NCBI GenBank assembly: GCA_003161515.1
Contig: PMOH01000316.1
Location: 1,210-65,209, forward strand
Direction: 5' to 3'
Origin: Deltaproteobacteria bacterium
GTDB taxonomy: Bacteria; Desulfobacterota; Binatia; Binatales; Binataceae
Length of the DNA: 64,000 bases
Shown here: one piece after another, positions 57,612-64,000 of the stretch
How positions within the stretch are numbered: the stretch's first letter is position 1
How the letters are laid out: each line of letters begins with the position of its first letter
Notes under the pieces: model-generated
The model's input: only the letters and a program-made list of their open reading frames with translations
What the model was told of the DNA's origin: nothing
Databases searched by the model: none
Program-made: the position numbers and the translations under genes

Positions 57612-58457
57612 GTGATGAGCGGATTGGTGATGGGGCTCGCCCTGCGGGTATCACAAGCCGAAGGTTATGATCGTCTCGTGCTCGTAGCGATCGGTGATTG
57701 CTGCGAAGACGACGGAACCGGCGCATGGCCGAGTATTCCCACCCTCGCAAAGCGCGCGCGTATCAGCGAGCGCACCGTCCAACGAAGTATTCAGGAATTG
57801 CAGGCCCTCGATGAGCTTGATGTAGAGAAGGGGGCCGGGCCTAAAGGAACCAACCTCTATTCGATCAACGTCGGGCTGCTTCTGGATCGGCTTCAAGCCG
57901 AGCGGAGAGGTGACTCTGTTGTCACCGGTGCCACAGCGTCACCCCCGTCAACGGCGACACCGGGGGGTGACACAGCTATGGCACCCGATCCGTCCACAGA
58001 TCCGTCAATAGAGAAAGAACATCACAGATCTAGGTTTCCTTCTTCTCCTAAGAGACAGAAGAAAGTAACTAACCCTTTGGACCCCGGCACCGATACATTC
58101 GAATTTCTATTTTGGCCGATTTACCCTCGGCCAGAGAAAAAACAAACCGCCTTGCATGAGTGGGCGTTGATGACCGACGACGAGCGCCAGCTAGCGATCG
58201 ACGACGTGCCGCAGCGCATCGCTAAAAATTGGCACGGGACGGAAACCGGCATGATCCCTCACCCGAGTTCATACCTGCATCAGAAGCGATGGACCGAGCC
58301 GCTACTCGACCTCAAGGGCAACGGCCATCACCAACGCGAAAATGCGTCCACGCGCTTCAAACAATGGGTCGACAAGGAAAGAGCCAATGGAAGCCAACCA
58401 AGCCTTAGCATTAACGGCAATGTTGACAGCAGCCTATCCCTCATGGGCAAGCGGTGA
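57612..58457 (+). CDS. replication initiator/organiser protein (N-terminal winged HTH plus phage conserved C-terminal domain)
   Basis: N-terminal HTH_36-like segment (DRLVLVAIGDCCEDDGTGAWPSIPTLAKRARISERTVQRSIQEL). The C-terminus (FWPIYPRPEKKQTALHEWALMTDDERQLA) resembles the Phg_2220_C domain. Confidence 0.5.
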   Translation: MMSGLVMGLALRVSQAEGYDRLVLVAIGDCCEDDGTGAWPSIPTLAKRARISERTVQRSIQELQALDELDVEKGAGPKGTNLYSINVGLLLDRLQAERRGDSVVTGATASPPSTATPGGDTAMAPDPSTDPSIEKEHHRSRFPSSPKRQKKVTNPLDPGTDTFEFLFWPIYPRPEKKQTALHEWALMTDDERQLAIDDVPQRIAKNWHGTETGMIPHPSSYLHQKRWTEPLLDLKGNGHHQRENASTRFKQWVDKERANGSQPSLSINGNVDSSLSLMGKR

Positions 58458-58920
58458 AGAGACCTTCAGGCTCTACCAGATCTTTTTGCAGGAGCTCGAT
58501 GCGCGCGACGGTCGCGCTGCCGTGATGGAGATTATCCGATCACCGCGCGAATTCGCGCCTCCGGTCGGAATACTCCTCGACCTCGGCAAACAGTTCGAGA
58601 GGAGACGGCTCGAACATGAATTTTGGCGCGAACGCTGGTACGAGCCCGGCAGCATAGCTTACACACCCGACGGCCAACGATGCGCGGCTGATGCCGATGG
58701 CCATATGCAGCCCGCCCCTGAGCCCGAACCTCCCGCTATAAGCGATCAGCGGCGCGACGAGATAGCTCAACTCGTCGGTCAACTAGCCGAGCAGGCTGAG
58801 CAACCACGAATTCGAGCACGAATTGACGGCGCGGCACGTAACGATGCGCTCCGCCGCGGATTGCGCATTGGCGATATTCTGAGAATCGATCACAAATCCA
58901 AAGGAGAATCGAATCAATGA
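58387..58920 (+). CDS. hypothetical replication-module protein
   Basis: ORF overlapping the end of the initiator gene. Start is ambiguous (58342, 58387 or 58420). Confidence 0.3.
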   Translation: MEANQALALTAMLTAAYPSWASGEETFRLYQIFLQELDARDGRAAVMEIIRSPREFAPPVGILLDLGKQFERRRLEHEFWRERWYEPGSIAYTPDGQRCAADADGHMQPAPEPEPPAISDQRRDEIAQLVGQLAEQAEQPRIRARIDGAARNDALRRGLRIGDILRIDHKSKGESNQ

Positions 58921-59315
58921 GTTGTTCACACGCAGGCTGTACGAACTGCCGAGAGTTGGAAGCGCAAGAAGCGCAAGTTCAGTGGAACGAGACGCTCTGG
59001 GCGCTACGCGCATCGGAGATACTGACGCTGGTGACCCGAGCGTACCACCTTGAACACTTCGACCTGACCGGCCCGCTGCGCACAGCGCATATTGCGAGTG
59101 CGAGACAAATCGCGTGCTATCTTTTGCGACGGCTCACGGGATATAGCTACCCCATGATCGGCGAGATACTGCACCGCGACCACTCGACGATAATTCACGC
59201 GTACAACGTGGTGGCTAAACAGATGGCCATGATGCCGGATCGAAAGCGTGTCATCGACGCGATGGCTTACGCGATCGAGCATCCGGCGGAACAGCAAAGG
59301 CAGGTGGCGGTATGA
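58917..59315 (+). CDS. DnaA domain IV (DnaA C-terminal DNA-binding) homologue, standalone
   Basis: ARQIACYLLRRLTGYSYPMIGEILHRDHSTIIHAYNVVAKQMA reproduces the DnaA-box-binding HTH signature (R.IAMYL.R.LT..S...IG..FGRDHSTV.HA). It has no AAA+ domain. Confidence 0.55.
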   Translation: MSCSHAGCTNCRELEAQEAQVQWNETLWALRASEILTLVTRAYHLEHFDLTGPLRTAHIASARQIACYLLRRLTGYSYPMIGEILHRDHSTIIHAYNVVAKQMAMMPDRKRVIDAMAYAIEHPAEQQRQVAV

Positions 59316-59341
59316 TTCCGAAGGGAGCCCGAGTTTCGAAA

Positions 59342-59364
59342 GGGAATTATTGATTTGAGTCCCT
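59342..59364 (+). repeat. TIR (left, cassette A)
   Basis: GGGAATTATTGATTTGAGTCCCT. Confidence 0.85.
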
Positions 59365-59371
59365 TATTACG

Positions 59372-60025
59372 ATGAAGCCGTATTTTGAAGAGGCGGGGAT
59401 TACGATTTTTCACGGTGACTGCCGCGAAGTGCTCGGAATGTATTCGGGCTTTATCGTTACCGACCCGCCTTACGGTATCGACCATCCGACCGACTATAGG
59501 GCGCGGGGGCGGGGTGCGTTGGCTGAGTGTGCTGATTATCCGCGCGTGGCTGGCGATGCCGAGCCTTTTGAGCCGTCTTTCTTGCTTGACCGACCCTGCG
59601 TGCTATTCGGAGCCAATTACTTCGCTGACAGGCTGCCGCCGTCGTCGGGCTGGCTAGTCTGGGACAAGATGCGCCCACATGGCCTCGACCAAGCGACTGC
59701 GGAACTGGCGTGGTCGAATTTCGTCAAGGGTGTTCGGGTGTTTCGCTATCTCTGGAACGGCATGATCAGGGATGGCAACGAGGCATTAGAGCACCCGACA
59801 CAGAAGCCGGTCGCGCTAATGAAATGGATTCTGGCGCTGAAATGGACGCCTGCGGGGCGGGTAATTGACCCCTTTATGGGCGCAGGCTCGACCCTAATCG
59901 CGGCGAAAGACATGGGGCGCGAGGCTGTCGGCATCGAACTCGAAGAACGGTATTGCGAAATTGCGGCACGGCGATTGAGCCAGTCAGCGATGCAATTCGG
60001 GACGCAAAATGAATCAAGGGACTAA
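59372..60025 (+). CDS. beta-class amino-DNA methyltransferase (N6-adenine or N4-cytosine)
   Basis: Motif IV TDPPYG near the N-terminus and motif I (FMGAGSTLIAAKDMGR) near the C-terminus. This circular permutation defines beta-class N6A/N4C MTases. Confidence 0.7.
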   Translation: MKPYFEEAGITIFHGDCREVLGMYSGFIVTDPPYGIDHPTDYRARGRGALAECADYPRVAGDAEPFEPSFLLDRPCVLFGANYFADRLPPSSGWLVWDKMRPHGLDQATAELAWSNFVKGVRVFRYLWNGMIRDGNEALEHPTQKPVALMKWILALKWTPAGRVIDPFMGAGSTLIAAKDMGREAVGIELEERYCEIAARRLSQSAMQFGTQNESRD

Positions 60026-60218
60026 ACTATATAATTCCCTTTCGAAAGCGGTTGGGGAGTACGACCGCCTGGTCACCGAGATGGTGGGCGTTTCCAATGT
60101 CTTAGTGCGACGCGGCGGCACCTCACGCAAGAATCTGTGGCGGGAAGAATCCCCCGAAGAGGCGATGAAGCGGTTCGGGCAGCCAGCGCCGACGAATCCG
60201 CTGCATGTGAACCGATGA
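60009..60218 (+). CDS. hypothetical small protein (N-terminus encoded by TIR; start doubtful)
   Basis: 69-aa ORF. Its first roughly 13 codons lie in the right TIR and TSD of cassette A. Confidence 0.25.
   Translation: MNQGTKLYNSLSKAVGEYDRLVTEMVGVSNVLVRRGGTSRKNLWREESPEEAMKRFGQPAPTNPLHVNR
60017..60039 (-). repeat. TIR (right, cassette A, degenerate)
   Basis: The reverse complement reads GGGAATTATATAGTTTAGTCCCT. Ends are conserved and the centre has diverged. Confidence 0.6.
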
Positions 60219-60448
60219 CTCTACCTGTCGACCCGAGAGTCCGGCGCTTGGAACCGGAAGTGGTTTCGCCGGAGACCGAACGCGAAGCGCTCCACGTTCG
60301 TTTCCAATTCGACACAATCTACGAACATGGCTGCGGCCTAGCTCTCGGCATCGGTCACATCGAGAGCAGCGACCACAGCTATGCCGTAACGATGCGGCGA
60401 CTAGCCGACGGACGTGTCGAGGTTCTGCACGTCCGGGAGATGCGGTAA
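60215..60448 (+). CDS. hypothetical small protein
   Basis: 77 aa from the ATG at 60215. ATGA overlap upstream and TAATG overlap downstream. Confidence 0.3.
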   Translation: MTLPVDPRVRRLEPEVVSPETEREALHVRFQFDTIYEHGCGLALGIGHIESSDHSYAVTMRRLADGRVEVLHVREMR

Positions 60449-60777
60449 TGGCAATTCGAATCCAGCGGAAGCGCACGCGTGGTTGGAAAGCTCCTGAAGG
60501 CGCTGTCTACGTCGGGCGTCCGACCGAATGGGGGAATCCTTGGACGGTTGGGCTCGTGGCCTGCGGCTGTCGCTCAGCAGGCGAATGCGATCACAATTGC
60601 TTTCGCGTCGAAACCGCCGAAGAGGCCGTCGATATGTACCGTCGGTGGGCGTCCGGTTGGAGCGATGAGAAAAAGCAGCGTTGTCGAGATCAATTGAGTG
60701 GAAAAGATCAGATGGACTGGTGTTCACTCGACAAGCCCTGCCACGCGGACGTGACGTTGGAGATCGCGAACGCATGA
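60448..60777 (+). CDS. DUF4326-family protein
   Basis: RKRTRGWKAPEGAVYVGRPTEWGNPW is the characteristic DUF4326 N-terminal signature. Confidence 0.5.
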   Translation: MAIRIQRKRTRGWKAPEGAVYVGRPTEWGNPWTVGLVACGCRSAGECDHNCFRVETAEEAVDMYRRWASGWSDEKKQRCRDQLSGKDQMDWCSLDKPCHADVTLEIANA

Positions 60778-61355
60778 GAGTCCTGCTAACCCAGAGCGAG
60801 CGCCTGAACTTCTTCGTCGCCAAGCTGACGTATTGGGACCTCACGTTCGAGCCTCGAGGCCTCGCCAGCGTCGAACTCTGTCTCTGCGAAGAGACCGAGA
60901 AAAGAGACCACCGCCTCCGCCGGTCGGCCGGCATGAAACACCTGGCCGAGTGCCCCGCCACGGATAGCGAAATGGAATTCATCGAGCCGCTTTGGGCCCG
61001 ATGCTGCGCGATCGCCATCGTCGGCCGCATCGGATTCATCAAGCACGCGCCGAAGCCTTGGCGAGTCTATTTCCGCGACCTGCTCGATCAGCGCGAGCCG
61101 CGCGCGGCCGCCCTCGAGGACGGCAGGATGCGGATGCTCGCCGTGGGCGCCCGGCTGCAGGGAATCAACGCGAAGTACAACGAGAAAGAGGCGCTGGTGT
61201 TCATGCTCAAGATCGTCGCGACGATCGCGCGCGCCGGCGGCCGCGAAGAGATTCGGGAATTCCTCAACGGGAATCCGGTTCCCGCGTCGATCCGATCGCT
61301 GGGCTACAGAACCATTGTCGACGATCTCTTGCGCGCAATGGAGTTGCCGTCGTGA
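60774..61355 (+). CDS. hypothetical protein
   Basis: 193 aa from the ATG at 60774 (ATGA-coupled). The ORF extends upstream to 60681. Confidence 0.35.
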   Translation: MRVLLTQSERLNFFVAKLTYWDLTFEPRGLASVELCLCEETEKRDHRLRRSAGMKHLAECPATDSEMEFIEPLWARCCAIAIVGRIGFIKHAPKPWRVYFRDLLDQREPRAAALEDGRMRMLAVGARLQGINAKYNEKEALVFMLKIVATIARAGGREEIREFLNGNPVPASIRSLGYRTIVDDLLRAMELPS

Positions 61356-61362
61356 AAGTAAG

Positions 61363-61385
61363 GGGAATTATTGATTTGAGTCCCT
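61363..61385 (+). repeat. TIR (left, cassette B)
   Basis: GGGAATTATTGATTTGAGTCCCT. Confidence 0.85.
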
Positions 61386-61394
61386 CGCCGCACA

Positions 61395-61862
61395 ATGCAA
61401 ATCCGTAGAGCACAACCATGCGAAACGCGAAAACTAAAAGACTGGATCGCAGCGAATCACTACCTGCAATCCGCTCCTCCGGGATTTGTGCATCTCTACG
61501 AGTTCATCGAGGGCAAGGAATTGATCGGCGGGATGATTTTGGGCCGCCCATCCGCGAAGCAATACAACCCCGACAAAATCCTCCAACTTCACCGCGTCTT
61601 TTTCATCGACGATACCGCCCCGAATGTCGAGAGTCAGGGACTTTCCATGATGCGCCGCATGGTTCGGGTTTGGATACCGCAGATTCGCGGTCTCTTGTCC
61701 TATTCCGATCCAAGCATCGGCCACGAAGGGACGATTTACGAGGCCGATATGTGGTGTCCGCTCGGCCTGACCGACGAACACTGGGGCTACGGGTGGAAAA
61801 GCCGCGAAGGACGGCGCGATCAACGGGTCAGTCGCAAGATGCGATGGTTTAGAACGCCATGA
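61395..61862 (+). CDS. hypothetical protein (cargo of cassette B)
   Basis: 155 aa with a hydrophobic-core-like pattern (IAANHYLQSAPPGFVHLYEF ... GGMILGRP). No motif I can assign. The stop overlaps the next start (ATGA). Confidence 0.4.
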   Translation: MQIRRAQPCETRKLKDWIAANHYLQSAPPGFVHLYEFIEGKELIGGMILGRPSAKQYNPDKILQLHRVFFIDDTAPNVESQGLSMMRRMVRVWIPQIRGLLSYSDPSIGHEGTIYEADMWCPLGLTDEHWGYGWKSREGRRDQRVSRKMRWFRTP

Positions 61863-62215
61863 AGGGACTCAAATCAATAATTCCCAAAGTAAGTCTCGGC
61901 GGCGAGAGCGGCAACAAGTACGGCGCGCGCAAGACAAGCTGCGGGAAGCACATCCATGATTCCAATCGCGAAGCTCAACGATGTGCAGAACTGCGGCTCA
62001 TGGAGAAGGGCCGCTTGATCGCTGATTTGATATTCCAGCCAGCGTTTCCCATGTGGTACGGCGACAACCTGATCTGCACTTACGTCGCTGATTTTATGTA
62101 CCACGAGGAAGATGAACTCGTTGTCGAAGACGTGAAGGGTAAAGCCACAGATAGTTACATTATCAAGCGCAAAATGCTCAAGGCATTTTATGGAATCACG
62201 GTGAGGGAGACTTGA
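61859..62215 (+). CDS. DUF1064-family protein (restriction-endonuclease-like fold)
   Basis: NKYGARKTSCGKHIHDSNREAQR ... YVADFMY ... VEDVKGKATDSYIIKRKMLKAFYG matches the DUF1064 pattern. The first 9 codons (MKGLKSIIP) are encoded by the right TIR of cassette B. Confidence 0.5.
   Translation: MKGLKSIIPKVSLGGESGNKYGARKTSCGKHIHDSNREAQRCAELRLMEKGRLIADLIFQPAFPMWYGDNLICTYVADFMYHEEDELVVEDVKGKATDSYIIKRKMLKAFYGITVRET
61863..61885 (-). repeat. TIR (right, cassette B)
   Basis: AGGGACTCAAATCAATAATTCCC, a perfect inverted copy. Confidence 0.85.
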
Positions 62216-62856
62216 ACGTCAGAGATCGCATAATCGGCTTTAGTCGGGTCAGGGCTTCTGAACTTAAGGCCAATCCTTCCAATCCGAGGCAGCACGATGA
62301 GCGCGAGCGCGAGGTCTTTGGCGACCTACTCTCACGGATCGGGTTTGCCGGAGCACTTCTCGCATATCGCAACGCCGACGGCGAACTCGAGCTGGTAGAT
62401 GGCGCGCTACGCAAGGATCTGATGGAGGACCAAGAAGTCCCCGTGCTCGAGACTGACCTGACTCCCGACGAAGCGCGCGAGCTTCTGCTGTTCTTCGATC
62501 GCGTCGCCGGGATGGCGACCTACAATCCGGAGATCACGCTCGAGCTGGTCGAGCGTCTCAACCTGAACGGCGACGCGGCCGCGCTCGCGCACCTCGCCGA
62601 TGAGATGGAGGCGGAGGCGCAGATCGAGAGCATGTCCTCGGAAGCCAATCCGGAGACCGCGGGCGGTACGTCGCAACCAGGTGGTCGGAAGAAGCGCGGC
62701 GAGGATACGGGACCCACGCCGATCAAGGCTGTGATTTCAGTTTTCGAGCTCCAGATAGTGGAACGTGCGCTCAGTGCGACCCAAGAAAAAAATCGCGGGA
62801 CCGCACTCAGCATCATCTGCCAAGCATTTCTCAATTCGATAGGAGAGACGAATTGA
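62212..62856 (+). CDS. ParB-like nuclease domain protein
   Basis: ParB N-terminal domain box (LKANPSNPRQH ... ELVDGALR), then an acidic helical C-terminus. Confidence 0.55.
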   Translation: MNVRDRIIGFSRVRASELKANPSNPRQHDEREREVFGDLLSRIGFAGALLAYRNADGELELVDGALRKDLMEDQEVPVLETDLTPDEARELLLFFDRVAGMATYNPEITLELVERLNLNGDAAALAHLADEMEAEAQIESMSSEANPETAGGTSQPGGRKKRGEDTGPTPIKAVISVFELQIVERALSATQEKNRGTALSIICQAFLNSIGETN

Positions 62857-63053
62857 AAACTCTACGTCCAAAGAAAAAACCAATCTGGGGGATGCTTATC
62901 TATCGCACTACCAGCAAAGGCGTAGACCACATGCCGGAGATCCTGAATCAGATGACCGCCCAAGAGGCTCGGCAAGCGAAGGTCTGCATGGCGGGCGGCA
63001 ACACGATGGTCGTGTTCTACCCGATGCTCAAGAAAGGGGAATTATTGATTTGA
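62853..63053 (+). CDS. hypothetical small protein
   Basis: 66 aa. Its last codons run into the left TIR of cassette C. Confidence 0.3.
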   Translation: MKTLRPKKKPIWGMLIYRTTSKGVDHMPEILNQMTAQEARQAKVCMAGGNTMVVFYPMLKKGELLI

Positions 63054-63059
63054 GTCCCT
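63037..63059 (+). repeat. TIR (left, cassette C)
   Basis: GGGAATTATTGATTTGAGTCCCT. Confidence 0.85.
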
Positions 63060-63076
63060 CAATCAAAAACTCTCTC

Positions 63077-63757
63077 GTTTGGTTAGACCTTTGCTCCGGC
63101 CTAGGTGGCGCGAGTCAGCCGGCGTTGGATCGCGGTTGGAGGGTTATCAGAATCGACCTTGACTCTCGCTTCAGGCCCGACATCGTGGCCGACGTTCGCG
63201 CGCTGCCGCTCAAGGGCTATTGGGAATCTAGGGCGCTCCGCATCGATGTGCTGTGGGCGAGTCCGCCTTGCCAGGATTTTAGCAAACACGGACTGCGTTG
63301 CTTCTATCCGAATCCGCCGGAGCCGGATTTATCAATCGCTAACGCCGTCGGGGCGTTGATCAACCGACTTCAACCGCGTTTCTGGGTGATTGAGAACGTG
63401 TGGGCGGCTCGTCCGTGGTTCACGAAGCTGTTCGGTCAGGTACGCGCCAAGCCGCCAGGCCACGCGCTGTGGTCCAACCTCGCATTCCTGCTTCCGAACA
63501 TCGAGCCGCACAAGAGTTCCAGCGTCCAACTTAAGTCGAGAGGCATCGGAGCGATTCCAGGAAAACCAGGCGATTGGCGCAAGACCTATCGAGGCCTTAG
63601 AGAGAGGCATGCCACCGGAATAAGACCCGTCAAAGCTACGCCGGGGCGCTGGATGGGCAGTCACCACGATATGACGCCAGCGGAAGCAGCCGTAATTCCC
63701 TATCCGATCGGTGAGGCCATCTGCGCAGCGGTGGAGCGAAGGGACTCAAATCAATAA
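63077..63757 (+). CDS. DNA cytosine-5 methyltransferase-like protein (short)
   Basis: Motif I (DLCSGLGG), motif IV (SPPCQDFS, the catalytic Pro-Cys) and motif VI (ENV). It is only about 227-235 aa with no clear motifs IX/X or target-recognition domain. Start is ambiguous (TTG at 63050 inside the TIR, or TTG at 63077). The stop TAA lies inside the right TIR. Confidence 0.5.
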   Translation, partial: VWLDLCSGLGGASQPALDRGWRVIRIDLDSRFRPDIVADVRALPLKGYWESRALRIDVLWASPPCQDFSKHGLRCFYPNPPEPDLSIANAVGALINRLQPRFWVIENVWAARPWFTKLFGQVRAKPPGHALWSNLAFLLPNIEPHKSSSVQLKSRGIGAIPGKPGDWRKTYRGLRERHATGIRPVKATPGRWMGSHHDMTPAEAAVIPYPIGEAICAAVERRDSNQ

Positions 63758-63762
63758 TTCCC
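63740..63762 (-). repeat. TIR (right, cassette C)
   Basis: AGGGACTCAAATCAATAATTCCC. Confidence 0.85.
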
Positions 63763-63795
63763 CAAGAAAGGGGTCAGGTACGAGGGGAGAGAAAA

Positions 63796-64000
63796 TTGAA
63801 AGCACTAACTTTAACGCAGCCGTGGGCTAGCCTTGTGGCCTTGGGGTTAAAACACATCGAGACTAGGAGTTGGAGCACGGGATATCGGGGACCGCTGGCT
63901 ATCCATGCCGCGAAAGGTTTTCCGAACGACTGCAAAGAACTATGTATCGAGGAGCCGTTTCGTTCCGTACTCTTGGTTGCAGGCATCGGCGGGGCAAGCG
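63796..64000 (+). CDS. ASCH-domain protein (partial, runs off the window end)
   Basis: LTLTQPWASLVALGLKHIETRSWSTGYRGPLAIHAA matches the ASCH/PUA-like N-terminal signature. TTG start with a GGGGAGAG RBS. Confidence 0.45.
   Translation, partial: MKALTLTQPWASLVALGLKHIETRSWSTGYRGPLAIHAAKGFPNDCKELCIEEPFRSVLLVAGIGGAS

Larger units (their letters stand above)
59334..60047 (+). mobile_element. MIC-like cassette A: 8-bp TSD TTTCGAAA, then 23-bp TIRs around a single MTase gene
   Basis: Left TIR 59342-59364 GGGAATTATTGATTTGAGTCCCT. Right TIR 60017-60039 AGGGACTAAACTATATAATTCCC (19/23 match in inverse orientation). Flanking direct repeat TTTCGAAA at 59334-59341 and 60040-60047. No transposase inside. 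Confidence 0.6.
61355..61893 (+). mobile_element. MIC-like cassette B: 8-bp TSD AAAGTAAG, then perfect 23-bp TIRs around a single gene
   Basis: Left TIR 61363-61385. Right TIR 61863-61885 is its perfect reverse complement. Direct repeat AAAGTAAG at 61355-61362 and 61886-61893. Confidence 0.7.
63029..63770 (+). mobile_element. MIC-like cassette C: 8-bp TSD CAAGAAAG, then perfect 23-bp TIRs around a C5-MTase-like gene
   Basis: Left TIR 63037-63059. Right TIR 63740-63762 is its perfect reverse complement. Direct repeat CAAGAAAG at 63029-63036 and 63763-63770. Confidence 0.7.

Noticed and set aside
61418-61852. Alternative 144-aa ORF as the cassette B cargo
   Set aside because: Its translation is Arg/Pro-rich with no hydrophobic core. 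The overlapping 61395-61862 frame looks protein-like, and its stop is ATGA-coupled to the next gene.
59342-63762. Repeated 23-mer, considered as a possible CRISPR array
   Set aside because: Copies occur in alternating orientation with irregular spacings of 0.5-1.1 kb. The intervening sequence is full-length coding genes. There is no leader, and each pair has its own 8-bp direct duplication. This is a TIR/TSD architecture, not a CRISPR array.

Overview
This 64-kb, high-GC window (by eye well above 55 % GC) reads as one continuous tailed-phage or prophage genome with a contractile tail. I found no host housekeeping genes, rRNA, convincing tRNA or CRISPR array.

Layout:
- 1-2264: minus-strand accessory genes (VWA-domain protein and small unknowns), ending at a roughly 800-bp AT-rich divergent control region (2265-3057).
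- 3058-12300: plus-strand accessory and early-like genes. These include HTH regulators, membrane proteins, a glycosyltransferase-sulfotransferase fusion and a possible small terminase.
- 12292-47005: a classical late structural operon, in this order:
  - large terminase, portal, a DnaJ-type zinc-finger protein, a BCCP-like biotinyl-domain protein, a scaffold-like protein;
  - three consecutive signal-peptide proteins, one with about 12 FGNGG repeats;
  - capsid candidate, sheath, tube, a chaperone pair with a poly-A9 slippery site, tape measure, baseplate proteins V, W and J, a 652-aa tail fibre and a 1730-aa giant tail fibre.
- 47161-47676: GH108-type endolysin.
- 47660-54175: a minus-strand recombination/early block (3'-5' exonuclease, KTSC, PD-(D/E)XK nuclease, recombinase-like protein, P-loop ATPase). 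It ends at a ribbon-helix-helix repressor candidate that faces a divergent switch region.
- 54238-64000: a plus-strand block with a tyrosine integrase, a Cro-like HTH protein, a replication initiator, a standalone DnaA-domain-IV homologue and a DNA-modification module. That module holds a beta-class amino-MTase, DUF4326, DUF1064, a ParB-like nuclease, a C5-MTase and an ASCH protein.

The most striking result is inside that last module. Three single-gene cassettes are each bounded by perfect or near-perfect 23-bp terminal inverted repeats, GGGAATTATTGATTTGAGTCCCT, and by a different 8-bp direct duplication (TTTCGAAA, AAAGTAAG, CAAGAAAG). This is the signature of transposase-less mobile insertion cassettes, and two of the three carry DNA methyltransferases.

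All domain calls come from motif recognition by eye. No database search was run.
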